Shown here: one piece after another, positions 40,701 to 50,375 of the stretch
How the letters are laid out: each line of letters begins with the position of its first letter
How positions within the stretch are numbered: position 1 is the first letter of the stretch
Program-made: the position numbers and the translations under genes
Source: an uncultured bacterium
GTDB lineage: Bacteria > SAR324 > NAC60-12
DNA length: 64,000 bases
Assembly (NCBI GenBank): GCA_965662845.1
Contig: CBFIJD010000010.1
Span: 6,506 to 70,505 of the forward strand
Direction: 5' to 3'
Notes under the pieces: model-generated
What the model saw: only the letters and a program-made list of their open reading frames with translations
The model's database searches: none
Told to the model about the DNA's origin: nothing

Positions 40701-40714
40701 ATTCAAGGATGAAT
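40701..40714 (+). promoter_or_regulatory. CsrA-like hairpin overlapping RBS
   Basis: ATTCA-AGGA-TGAAT immediately before ATG 40716. Confidence 0.45.
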
Positions 40715-40715
40715 C

Positions 40716-41051
40716 ATGTCTGATTTACTCTCTCGCCTCGAAGCCCGCATTCAAAAAGCCGTTGAAAAAATCGAAGAATACCAACTCGAAATTGAAGTCC
40801 TGAAAGAGCGCAACGCGACTCTGGAAGCTGAAAAAAACGAGTGGAATGACAAACTGTCTTCGCTGATTGAACGCTTTGAAACCTTGGGCGAAGCCACCGA
40901 AAGCTCAGAAGAAGAGTCGGAAATCGCAGCATCTTCAGAAGAAACCGCAACGAGCGAAGAAGATCACGAAGACGAGACCTCCGACATCGCCGCTGGAAGC
41001 GTGACCACCGGCCACAACGGAGTCAACTCTTACGCCGCTTCTCCTTGGTAA
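40716..41051 (+). CDS. zapB: ZapB-like coiled-coil protein with acidic tail
   Basis: LLSRLEARIQKAVEKIEEYQLEIEVLKERN...WNDKLSSLI resembles ZapB. Confidence 0.7.
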   Translation: MSDLLSRLEARIQKAVEKIEEYQLEIEVLKERNATLEAEKNEWNDKLSSLIERFETLGEATESSEEESEIAASSEETATSEEDHEDETSDIAAGSVTTGHNGVNSYAASPW

Positions 41052-41055
41052 TCTG

Positions 41056-42699
41056 GTGATCTGCCTCAAGGCATCTCTTCTCCCGCAGCTGCGCCGCTTC
41101 GGCGGTGTGGTCTGCCTGCTGCTCCTATTATCCTCCCCGCTCTCTGCCCAGCCCCGCTCCCACATCGGGATCTTACCCACGCAAACCCTCTACAGCTCTG
41201 CCGAAAGCGATTGGTTTGCCGTGCTGCTTCAGGAAGAACTCACTTGGCAACTGCAACTCAACGGACAGTTCGCGGTCAAAAGCGCCGAGACCCTGCGACT
41301 CCAAAACCCGAAGACTCAATCCGAGATTGCATCCCTGATGCGTCAAGCTCGCATCTCGCATTTGGTGCAACTCTCCACACAGCAAGTGTTGCAGAAGCTG
41401 TCGGTGAGTTGGACGCTGTACTACGTAGAAGACAATCGCCTTCAAACTCAAACGTCTCAGAGCCAGCACTCTCTGAAATCGACAGACACTAACCTGCGCT
41501 CGTTGCTCAACGTTTTGCGTGAGCTGCATCCCGTCTTCCAAGATGTGGTGTACTTCCCCCAGAACGTAAAATGGGAGGCCCTAGCCGAGTTCTATCGCTG
41601 GAAATCACGCGTCCCCACACCGTGGAACACCGAGACCCGGAGCGCTCACTTGCAAGCGCTCCTCAACCTCAACGAGCAGTTTGAAGGGCTCCAAAACCGC
41701 GTCCGCGTCCAGCAGGCGATTCTGCTGATTCAACAAGCGTTTGAGCAAACGCCTCCGGCTCCCAAACGGCTCGAAGAAGCTCTGGAATTGCTCGAACCGC
41801 TGCGCAGAGATTTCCCGAATCACCCCGAATATCGGGCTCTCGCCGCGCTGTTGTACTACGCGCAAAACAATCGGTTTGAGGCGAAGGCCGAAGCCGTGAT
41901 CGCAAACGCGCGGCACCCTTACCATGGCCCGTCATGGCTCTTGTATGCGCTCAGCATTGACAACGACCCACAACAAAACGCGCAGCTGATTCGTCGTGCT
42001 CTCCGCTACTACACACTCGTTCAACACTCCCCTCACCCGCACCTCGCCTACACCGTTTTGCGCCCAGAGTTGAGCATCTGGTTGCAAAAACCTGCCGAAA
42101 TGAGCAACCCACTCCGCCCCGACAATGACACGAATCAGCACTACGCAGACCTCCTGATGAAAGGCGCAGAAGAGTTTCGACGCGGAGAATGGGAAGAGGC
42201 AACCCGCACGTTTCAAGAAGCCGAGTTCTTGAAGCCCGAAGAGCTGACGCCAGCGCTCTATTTGGCGCGGATTGCGTTGGGGCAAGCCCAGTATGACGTG
42301 GCGAAAGATCAGTTGGTCGCTTTGCGCGAACGCTTTGCAGAAGACGACGAAGTGACGCTTTACTTGGGCTATGTCTACGAAATGCAACGCACCTACAACG
42401 TCGCTGAATCCCTCTATCGGCAGTCCTTACAGCAGAACCCAGAGAATGCTCGCAGCGCTCTGCGCTTAGGCACAGTCCTCATCAAAAAGGGAGACTTGGC
42501 AGAAGCACAGAGCTTTTTAGAGAGCGTGACAGAGAAATATCCGACATACGCGGTCGCGTGGTGGAACCTAGGGTTGCTGTATCGCGAGACAGAACAGATC
42601 GCGTCGGCGCGCCAAGCGTTTGAGTCGGCGCTGATGCTCGATCCCAACAACGTCAAAATTCAGTCCGCGCTCCGTTCCTTGCCCAAAGTAAGTCCATAA
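41056..42699 (+). CDS. Exported tetratricopeptide repeat protein
   Basis: Signal peptide; C-terminal TPRs (AWWNLGLLY..A..AFESALMLDPNN). Confidence 0.85.
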   Translation: MICLKASLLPQLRRFGGVVCLLLLLSSPLSAQPRSHIGILPTQTLYSSAESDWFAVLLQEELTWQLQLNGQFAVKSAETLRLQNPKTQSEIASLMRQARISHLVQLSTQQVLQKLSVSWTLYYVEDNRLQTQTSQSQHSLKSTDTNLRSLLNVLRELHPVFQDVVYFPQNVKWEALAEFYRWKSRVPTPWNTETRSAHLQALLNLNEQFEGLQNRVRVQQAILLIQQAFEQTPPAPKRLEEALELLEPLRRDFPNHPEYRALAALLYYAQNNRFEAKAEAVIANARHPYHGPSWLLYALSIDNDPQQNAQLIRRALRYYTLVQHSPHPHLAYTVLRPELSIWLQKPAEMSNPLRPDNDTNQHYADLLMKGAEEFRRGEWEEATRTFQEAEFLKPEELTPALYLARIALGQAQYDVAKDQLVALRERFAEDDEVTLYLGYVYEMQRTYNVAESLYRQSLQQNPENARSALRLGTVLIKKGDLAEAQSFLESVTEKYPTYAVAWWNLGLLYRETEQIASARQAFESALMLDPNNVKIQSALRSLPKVSP

Positions 42700-43982
42700 A
42701 CTCTCGACTGCGGCGAGTCATAGTTCTCTCGCTTTTCTAGCGGCAATTCCTTCCATTCCTTCCGCTCAAAACCACAGGTCACAAACACATTCTCTTCGCG
42801 CGTGCTCAGCGCAATGACCTCACGAAAGCCTAACGCGGTGACGTCTTGCACAACGTGCTGCACCAGCTGGCGGCCTACTCCTTGGTTCCGATGCGCGCTC
42901 GCGACGGCCAAGGACGCGACCTCAACGACCTTCTCTGTTGGATAAGGGATCACCTCGCAACAGCCCAAAATGTCTTCGTCTTGGCAAAACAGGCGATAAC
43001 GCTCGATGTGCTGCTCTAAGTACCCTGGGCTTCGCTGCACAATCGCGGTCTCGCGCATCGGCTCCGCGAGTAGAGTCCACAGACGGGGAATATCCGCCGA
43101 GGTTGCCGGTCTCACCTGACGGTATGCCGAGTTGGTCACCATGAGCCCGACGCCGCTGGAGGTCAACGTCTCCGCCAGCAACACACCTTCTGAGCGCGCG
43201 TCTAGCCAGTGACAGCGCTCCACTCCTCGTTCGCAGGCCATCGCCAGACACTCCAGACTCCAACGCGATGCGACCGAGACGTCTGGCTCCTGGGCTAACC
43301 ATTGCCGCAACCCTGAGGTGCTCAGCTGCCGTTGCTGTGGCACTGGAATCGCTTCTGTCTCCAAGAATAACAGCTTCTTCGCTTGCAACCGGACGGCGAG
43401 TTCTGCCGCAAGCCTCCTGCCTTCGAGCATCCACAAGCGACCGCGGCTCCCTGTGCCCAACGGAGCCAGCAGCGGGGTCTGTCTGATCTGAAGAAGCTGC
43501 TGCAGCGCTTTCAGTTGCACTTCATGAACCTGACCTTGGGCAGTCTCCGGAGACGCTGCGCCCTTGGGATCACAGGCTTTCGCAGAGACAAAGTGCCCGC
43601 TAATTGGGAGGATCCCGTGGCCATACAGCTGCAGCCGCGTCAAAAACTCCCAGTTGACCGCGGCGATCACTTGCTGCACTTCTGCGACGGCTGCGCGGGG
43701 CACTTGCGGCTGCCCAGAGTCTGGATCTAGGTGGATCTTTTCTGCACCAAAATGTGCTCGAATTTGTGGCTCGCTCCCGTGGACCAACACCAAGCGGACC
43801 CCCACACGATGCAACAGCGCGATCTCTTCCATCAACTCTGGGGTCGCGTCTTGTTCCAGCAATTCTCCGCTCACGTAGAGGACAAAGGTCTGATGATTGA
43901 ATTCTTCCAGATAGGGCAAAGAGCCCCGCAAGGCTCGCACTAACGTCTGCACTACTGCTGATTCTGTTGATTCTATTGCCAT
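42660..43982 (-). CDS. argA: Amino-acid N-acetyltransferase (N-acetylglutamate synthase)
   Basis: AAK domain (LPYL..F..TFV, LVLVHG) plus GNAT domain (EVASLAV..HRNQGVGRQL). Confidence 0.88.
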   Translation of the reverse strand: MAIESTESAVVQTLVRALRGSLPYLEEFNHQTFVLYVSGELLEQDATPELMEEIALLHRVGVRLVLVHGSEPQIRAHFGAEKIHLDPDSGQPQVPRAAVAEVQQVIAAVNWEFLTRLQLYGHGILPISGHFVSAKACDPKGAASPETAQGQVHEVQLKALQQLLQIRQTPLLAPLGTGSRGRLWMLEGRRLAAELAVRLQAKKLLFLETEAIPVPQQRQLSTSGLRQWLAQEPDVSVASRWSLECLAMACERGVERCHWLDARSEGVLLAETLTSSGVGLMVTNSAYRQVRPATSADIPRLWTLLAEPMRETAIVQRSPGYLEQHIERYRLFCQDEDILGCCEVIPYPTEKVVEVASLAVASAHRNQGVGRQLVQHVVQDVTALGFREVIALSTREENVFVTCGFERKEWKELPLEKRENYDSPQSRVYGLTLGKERSAD

Positions 43983-43991
43983 GAGTCCTCC

Positions 43992-46262
43992 ATGAATACG
44001 ATTCCTTCTCCCGAATTCCTGTCGGTGGTCATTCCTGCATATAACAGCAGCGGTTTGCTGCGTCGTTGTTTGGAGGCGCTAGAGCGGCAGAGCAGCGGCC
44101 CAGAAGCCTTTGAAGTGATTGTGGTAGATGACGGCTCCAGCGATGACACACCACAGATGCTGGCTGAATTTCAAAAAACAACAGCCCTCCACTTGCGCTC
44201 TATTCGGATTTTGAATGCAGGCCCCGGACAAGCCCGAAACGCAGGCGTCGCCGAAGCCCGCTCGACGTGGATCGGGCTCATGGACGCCGATGTGCAAGCG
44301 CATGTGGACTGGGTGCAGGAAGCTCTGCGCACCATCAGAGAACATCCGGAAGCCGGCGCGATTGAAGGCCGCACCGTCGTCAATCATCGCGAGTTGATCA
44401 CTCCGTTCACGCATCAAACGGAGAACTTTTCTGGGGGACGCTATCCAACGTGCAACCTCCTTGTGCGCAAAGCGTTCTGTCGTTTTGAACCGACCTATCG
44501 CATTCCGTTTCGCGAAGACAGCGATCTAGCATTTTCTATTCTAGAAGGAGGCTTCCCGATCATTTTTGCGCCGGATCTCATCATCTACCACCCGCCCTTA
44601 GAGCCTCATCAAGCCCGGCCTTACAAGCTGGCCCAGCGCTACTTTTACGACGGTTATCTGCGGCAACGGTTCCCTTGGCGCTACGCCAACAAGCTGGATG
44701 CCCACACCTTCGGGTCAATCTCTATTCCTAACCTGAAAAAGAAGGGTTATGGCCTGATCGTGCTGCTGCAACTCGCGATTGCAACGAGTCTCCTTGGAGG
44801 GCCTGAGAGCCTTTGGCTCACCCTCCTGCTAAGCGCCGGGTATCTGGCGGGGACCGCGTTAGGGTATGCCTTGATGATGCGGAATTGGGACCTGAAACAC
44901 TGGGGGAAGGACGACCTGTGGATCTACTTCAAGCAGATTCATATTTTGCCTTGGATCGCATCCATTGCCTTGTTGCGTGGGCGCTGGACATTTCGGAACA
45001 CCCCACGATTTTCCAGAAGTCAGTGGTGGGAAGCCTCCGGTTTGAGTCCTGCTGCGAGCCGCCCTCGCGACATCGTGCTGATCGCGACCGCTGATTGGGA
45101 GCATCCCTTCTGGACAAACAAGCAACGAGTCGCCCAACTGTTGGCACGCGCAGGCCATCGAATCCTCTATGTGGAGTCGCTGGGGCTGCGTCAAGTGAGC
45201 CCCTCAGGGAGAGACCTCTCAAGAATTTTCAAACGCCTGAAACGGGCCTTTCAGGGTGTGCGGGATGTGGAGCCCAACATCTTCGTGTGGTCACCGCTCG
45301 TCTTGCCCTTCCATCGATATGAGAAAATCGCCGCGTTTAATCGCAACGTTCTGCATCGTTCTCTCCGGAAGTTACGCGATGAGCTTTGCTTCGAGAACGC
45401 GCTGTTGTGGTCTTACAATCCCCTGATGCTAGAAGTCGCCCAAAAAGCCGGCTTTACCGAACTGGTTTATCATTGCGTAGATGAACTGAAAGCAGCCCCT
45501 AAAATGCCCGTTGAGACGTTGGCTCGCGAAGAAGAGCGCTTTTGCAAGGCAGCCCAGCTCGTCATTACAACAGCGCCAGAGTTACAACGCACTCGTTCCC
45601 TTTGGAACCACAACACACACTACCTACCGAATCCCGGCGATTTTGCCCACTTTCACAGCGCGCTTGAAGTCGATGTGCTCCCAGAGGACTTGAGGCGGAT
45701 TCCTCAACCGAGGCTGGGCTTTATTGGAGCGCTCAGCTCCTACAAAGTTGACGAAGAGCTGCTGCTGCATTTAGCCAAAACGCACCCAGAGTGGAACTTG
45801 GTGCTGATCGGTCAAATTGGCGAAGGAGAACCGGGTTCCCGCTTTGAAAAACTCACCGCGCTCTCTAATGTTTTCTTCCTTGGACCACGCCCTTACGAAG
45901 TGCTGCCGACTTACCTCGCAGGCACCCAAGTCGCACTTTTGCCTTGCCCTCTCAATGACTATACTCGAAACATGTTTCCCTTAAAATTTTTCGAGTATCT
46001 CGCGGCGGGAGTCCCTGTCGTCAGCACCGCACTCCCAGCGCTGCAAGCATATCGCAACGCCTGCTACTGGTGCACGACTCCTGAAGAAGTGTGCGCTGCA
46101 ATTGAAGACTTGTTAGCCCATCCTCGCAAAGCTCAAACGCTACGAGAACGAGGCTTCGCTCTCGCTCGTGAAAATACTTGGGAAAAACGCGTGGCCAGCA
46201 TGCGTGAACTGATCACACAAACCTTCGGCACTTCCTCTGTCGACACCACCACACCAACATGA
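43992..46262 (+). CDS. Fused glycosyltransferase (GT2 + TM + GT-B/GT4-like)
   Basis: SVVIPAYN, VVDDGSSD, MDAD, REDSDL; TM segment; then YHCVDE, GFIGAL, PLKFFEYLAAGVPVVST. Confidence 0.9.
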   Translation: MNTIPSPEFLSVVIPAYNSSGLLRRCLEALERQSSGPEAFEVIVVDDGSSDDTPQMLAEFQKTTALHLRSIRILNAGPGQARNAGVAEARSTWIGLMDADVQAHVDWVQEALRTIREHPEAGAIEGRTVVNHRELITPFTHQTENFSGGRYPTCNLLVRKAFCRFEPTYRIPFREDSDLAFSILEGGFPIIFAPDLIIYHPPLEPHQARPYKLAQRYFYDGYLRQRFPWRYANKLDAHTFGSISIPNLKKKGYGLIVLLQLAIATSLLGGPESLWLTLLLSAGYLAGTALGYALMMRNWDLKHWGKDDLWIYFKQIHILPWIASIALLRGRWTFRNTPRFSRSQWWEASGLSPAASRPRDIVLIATADWEHPFWTNKQRVAQLLARAGHRILYVESLGLRQVSPSGRDLSRIFKRLKRAFQGVRDVEPNIFVWSPLVLPFHRYEKIAAFNRNVLHRSLRKLRDELCFENALLWSYNPLMLEVAQKAGFTELVYHCVDELKAAPKMPVETLAREEERFCKAAQLVITTAPELQRTRSLWNHNTHYLPNPGDFAHFHSALEVDVLPEDLRRIPQPRLGFIGALSSYKVDEELLLHLAKTHPEWNLVLIGQIGEGEPGSRFEKLTALSNVFFLGPRPYEVLPTYLAGTQVALLPCPLNDYTRNMFPLKFFEYLAAGVPVVSTALPALQAYRNACYWCTTPEEVCAAIEDLLAHPRKAQTLRERGFALARENTWEKRVASMRELITQTFGTSSVDTTTPT

Positions 46263-47107
46263 ACCTGTTCCCATTCGTCTCCTACAAATTTTCACAAAAA
46301 ACTTTTCGCCAACTTCAGAAAAAAGGCCTCAGCGACGAAACGATCCGGCAACTGCATCCCTTAGAAGATCAATTCTTTGAGACTCCTGAAGAGCTCTGCG
46401 CCGCGCTCCCTGAATCAGCCGCGATTCAGAACAACACCCCTCTACTCCTCAAAAGCGCCAAAGGCTACTTTCGACTCGATCGCCTGATCCCCAACCGCTC
46501 TGTGCGCGAGTGGGTCGAAGCCTTGCTGTTTGCTTTGATCGTAGCCTCGGTGGTTCGCACATATCTCTTCGCGCCTTTCAAAATTCCGTCGGGATCCATG
46601 TTGCCAACGATTCAAATTGGGGATCACATCTTCGCGACCATGTATTCCTATGGCACAAAGCTGCCGATTGTCGGAATTCGCCTCTTTGAGGATGAAGTAC
46701 AGCGGGGCGACATCATCATCTTCCCCTATCCCAAAAATCGAGATGTAGACTACATCAAGCGAGCGGTTGGGATGCCCGGAGAGACCCTAGAGATTCGCGA
46801 TGACGTCGTGTTTATCAATGGAGAGCGCTTAGACGAACCGTATGCTTTTTATGATCCACAGCAGCGCAACTCTGGGATGATTGGCGACGATGTGCCTGTC
46901 AGCAACTTCGGTCCTGTGAAAATTCCAGAAGGAAAACTGTTTGTGATGGGAGACAACCGCTACAATAGCGCGGATAGTCGCTTCTGGGGCTTTGTGGACT
47001 CGGACGACGTACTAGGCAAAGGTCAGATTATTTACTGGTCTCACGACCCACGCGAAGGTCTGACTAGCGGCTACAACTTATCGCGCATCTTGAACCGACT
47101 CGAGTAA
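46259..47107 (+). CDS. lepB: Signal peptidase I
   Basis: IPSGSMLPT, RGDIIIF, DYIKR, GDNRYNSADSRFWG. Confidence 0.96.
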   Translation: MNLFPFVSYKFSQKTFRQLQKKGLSDETIRQLHPLEDQFFETPEELCAALPESAAIQNNTPLLLKSAKGYFRLDRLIPNRSVREWVEALLFALIVASVVRTYLFAPFKIPSGSMLPTIQIGDHIFATMYSYGTKLPIVGIRLFEDEVQRGDIIIFPYPKNRDVDYIKRAVGMPGETLEIRDDVVFINGERLDEPYAFYDPQQRNSGMIGDDVPVSNFGPVKIPEGKLFVMGDNRYNSADSRFWGFVDSDDVLGKGQIIYWSHDPREGLTSGYNLSRILNRLE

Positions 47108-47126
47108 GAACGTAGGGAAATCACAC

Positions 47127-47996
47127 ATGAAGACTTCACGCAACGAACTGTGTTGGTGCGGCAGCGGCAAAAAATACAAACGCTGTCACTTGCTCAAAGA
47201 CCAACTCAACTCTAGCCCACGTCGCAACAGCGGGCGGGGCGTCATCATCAAAACCGAAGAACAAATCGAAGGCATCCGCCGCAGCGGTCAGTTGACCAAG
47301 AAGCTGTTAGACATGGTCGAAGAGCGCATCCAGCCGGGCACCACAACCGACGAAATCAACTTCTGGGTCCATGAAGAGACAATGGCAAACGGAGCTTATC
47401 CTGCCCCCCTCAACTATCGGGGCAAGTCATCGATTCGCTTCCCCAAAAGTGTCTGCACCTCCGTGAATGAGGTCGTCTGCCACGGCATCCCAGGACCACA
47501 AGTCTTGCAGGAGGGCGACATCATCAACGTCGACGTCACCAGTATTTTGGACGGGTACTACGGTGACGCGAGTCGCATGTTCTTCATCGGTGAAGTTTCA
47601 GAGGAGGCGAAGAGATTGGTCGAGGTCACGAAGGAATGTCTCAATCTGGGCATCAAGCAGGTAAAACCGCTCAAAACTACAGGCGACATTGGCCACGCGA
47701 TCCAAAGCTATGCGGAAGGCTTGGGCTATTCTGTGGTGCGAGACTTTGCCGGACACGGCGTCGGCATCGAATTTCACGAAGAGCCGCAGATCTTACATTA
47801 CGGTGAGCCCAACACCGGCGTCACCTTGCAAAAAAATATGGTGTTCACCATCGAGCCGATGGTCAACATCGGTCGTGCCGAGTGCAAAATTTTGCGCGAC
47901 GGTTGGACAGCCGTCACCAGCGATGGCTCTCTCTCCGCGCAGTGGGAACACACCATCCGCGTGACGGATACAGGGGTCGAAATTCTCACCGCGTGA
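47127..47996 (+). CDS. map: Methionine aminopeptidase with N-terminal SEC-C motif
   Basis: RNELCWCGSGKKYKRCH; CTSVNEVVCHGIP, GHGVG..FHEEP, FTIEPM, SAQWEHT. Confidence 0.97.
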   Translation: MKTSRNELCWCGSGKKYKRCHLLKDQLNSSPRRNSGRGVIIKTEEQIEGIRRSGQLTKKLLDMVEERIQPGTTTDEINFWVHEETMANGAYPAPLNYRGKSSIRFPKSVCTSVNEVVCHGIPGPQVLQEGDIINVDVTSILDGYYGDASRMFFIGEVSEEAKRLVEVTKECLNLGIKQVKPLKTTGDIGHAIQSYAEGLGYSVVRDFAGHGVGIEFHEEPQILHYGEPNTGVTLQKNMVFTIEPMVNIGRAECKILRDGWTAVTSDGSLSAQWEHTIRVTDTGVEILTA

Positions 47997-48097
47997 TGCA
48001 GGCGACTGAATTTTCCTTGTTTTTTGGTCGGCCCCACCTCTAGCCTGTTAAGAGCAATTCGCCAGAATTTTCCAACACCAAATGAACGGATCCACAT

Positions 48098-49171
48098 ATG
48101 GACTGGAACAAACCTCCCCGCAAATCGCCGTGGGATAAACGTCAGCCGACGCCTCCCAATGTCGATGAGCTTTTGAACAACCTGCAGAACAAGTTTCGCA
48201 ATCGCCTGCCGCAAGGAAACGCTTCGATGATCTTGGTGGTCGTCGCCGTCATTGTCTGGTTAGGAACCGGCTTCTTCATCGTAGACCCGCAAGAGCAAGC
48301 CATCGTGAAACGCTTCGGCGTCGTCGATCGTATCGTTGGTCCTGGGCCTCACTATCATTTGCCCGCTCCCATCGAGACGATTGACAAGGAGAAAGTCACG
48401 GAAGTACGCCGACTGGAGATTGGCTTCCGCACCATTGACCCCGGACCTCCGGCGCGCTATCGCCAAGTGCAGAAGGAATCCCTGATGCTCACCGGTGACG
48501 AAAACATCATCAACGTGCAGTTCACCATCCAATATCGCATCGTGGACTTAGAGAAATACGTTTACAACCTGACCGATCCCGAGTCGAGCGTCCAAGCAGC
48601 GGGAGAATCCGCTATGCGAGAAGTCATCGGCGACACAAAAGTGATGGACGTCTTAACCATCGGCAAAGGCCTCATTGAGACCAACACCCAAGCTTTGCTA
48701 GAAGAAACCCTCGGCAGCTACGACTCAGGGATCTCCATCGTGAACGTGAAACTGCAGGATGTGCATCCACCTGACGAAGTCAAGGAAGCCTTCAAAGACG
48801 TTGTCAGCGCTCGCGAAGATCGTCAGAAGATGATCAATGAAGCCGAAGGCTACAAAAACAACCTGATTCCCAAAGCGCGCGGTGAAGGCGTTCAGATTGT
48901 CAACGAGGCCGAGGCGTACGCTGAAGAGACCGTGCTTCTGGCTCAAGGTAAAGCGAAGCGCTTCGAGCAGATGTACGCGGAGTATCGCAACGCCGAAGAC
49001 ATCACTCGCACACGCATCTACATTGAGACAATGGAGCAGATTCTGCCCCGCATGAACAAAGTGGTGACCGACGAAAACGTCGGCCAGAACTTCCTACCGT
49101 TCCTGCCTATCAACGAAATGCGCACCGCGGCTCGTGACACCGACCCCACAACGGCCCGCGCCTCTCGCTAA
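48098..49171 (+). CDS. hflK: FtsH protease modulator HflK
   Basis: PPNVDELL N-terminus, TM, MLTGDENI, SAMREVIG, AEGYKN..IPKARG. Confidence 0.92.
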   Translation: MDWNKPPRKSPWDKRQPTPPNVDELLNNLQNKFRNRLPQGNASMILVVVAVIVWLGTGFFIVDPQEQAIVKRFGVVDRIVGPGPHYHLPAPIETIDKEKVTEVRRLEIGFRTIDPGPPARYRQVQKESLMLTGDENIINVQFTIQYRIVDLEKYVYNLTDPESSVQAAGESAMREVIGDTKVMDVLTIGKGLIETNTQALLEETLGSYDSGISIVNVKLQDVHPPDEVKEAFKDVVSAREDRQKMINEAEGYKNNLIPKARGEGVQIVNEAEAYAEETVLLAQGKAKRFEQMYAEYRNAEDITRTRIYIETMEQILPRMNKVVTDENVGQNFLPFLPINEMRTAARDTDPTTARASR

Positions 49172-49983
49172 GTTTCCGCTGAGCCCGCTGCGCCGGGCTC
49201 TCGCCACGCATGCAGCTGCTCAAACAAGCTCCGCCACTCCCCCAAATCTAACGTCTCTGGACGACGCATCCCATAGCTCGCTCGCAGAGACGCCTCTGCG
49301 CTGGCGAACCAATCGCCATAACTTTGCTGAATGTTCTTCATTAGGGTCTTGCGCCTTTGCTGAAACAGCTGCCCCACAAAGTTGAGAAACGCGGCCTCGG
49401 TCGCAGCAGACCACCCAGAATCTTGTGGACGCAAATGCACAACGGCAGAGTCGACCTTGGGTGGTGGTTGAAACGCGCTTGGAGGCACCTCAAAAGCAAC
49501 TGTCCGCGAAAAACCGAATGCTCCTGCCACCGAGAGCAGACCGTATGCTTTCTTGTCTGCAGGGCTCGCACAAATCCGTTCAGCCACTTCTTTTTGCACC
49601 ATCAGGCTCCAAGAATCCCAATGTGTGCGATGTGGGAAGAGCTGTTCAAAGATTGCGGTCGCGATGTTGTAGGGCAAATTCGCCACAAAGCGGGCTGGTC
49701 GCTGGAGCGGGATCAACTCTTCTGGGGCACAGCTGAGGATGTCTTTGGAAAGCAACCGAAAATTGGCTTCTCCGGCAAAGTTTTGCGAGAGCCACTGCTG
49801 CAGTTTCGGGTCAACTTCTACCGCCGTTACAGTGGCACCAACGGCTAACAAAGCGGACGTCAACACCCCACGCCCTGGCCCTACTTCCAGCACATGGTCT
49901 CCTGCCTCCACGCCAGCCGCTTCCAGCATGCGCGTGACATAGCGTTCGCGCACCAGAAAATGCTGTCCCCATTTTTGTTTCAT
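49168..49983 (-). CDS. rsmA: 16S rRNA m6,2A dimethyltransferase
   Basis: KWGQHFL, VLEVGPGRG, ANLPYNI, MVQKEVAER, PPPKVDS; start ATG 49983. Confidence 0.96.
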   Translation of the reverse strand: MKQKWGQHFLVRERYVTRMLEAAGVEAGDHVLEVGPGRGVLTSALLAVGATVTAVEVDPKLQQWLSQNFAGEANFRLLSKDILSCAPEELIPLQRPARFVANLPYNIATAIFEQLFPHRTHWDSWSLMVQKEVAERICASPADKKAYGLLSVAGAFGFSRTVAFEVPPSAFQPPPKVDSAVVHLRPQDSGWSAATEAAFLNFVGQLFQQRRKTLMKNIQQSYGDWFASAEASLRASYGMRRPETLDLGEWRSLFEQLHAWREPGAAGSAET

Positions 49984-50060
49984 GTAAGTTCCGAAGAATT
50001 GCTTGTTTTTGTTGGGAAAGTTCGCTGGAATGCGCGCTTTTTCTATCAAGCTTAGGAAAT

Positions 50061-50354
50061 ATGACCGGCAAACAACTGCGCACGCTGCGCGCGTTGGCTC
50101 ACCCGCTCAAACCCGTACTCCAGATTGGTAAACAGGGATTGAGTGAAGCGTTGATCCAGCAACTCGATGAAGCTCTCTTGCAGCACGAACTCTTGAAAAT
50201 CAAAGTCCTCGAAGCAGCCCCCTTTTCAGCCAAAGAATGCTCGACTGCTCTTCAAGAACAACCAGACCTCACAGTCGCACAGGTGATTGGCCACACCGTG
50301 GTCCTCTATCGCGCCCACCCTGAAAATCCACAAATTGAACTCCCGTCTGAGTGA
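50061..50354 (+). CDS. yhbY: YhbY (CRM-domain) RNA-binding protein
   Basis: LRALAHPLKPVLQIGKQG, HELLKIK, QVIGHTVVLYR. Confidence 0.95.
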   Translation: MTGKQLRTLRALAHPLKPVLQIGKQGLSEALIQQLDEALLQHELLKIKVLEAAPFSAKECSTALQEQPDLTVAQVIGHTVVLYRAHPENPQIELPSE

Positions 50355-50375
50355 CTCTTTAGCCCGAAACCCTGC

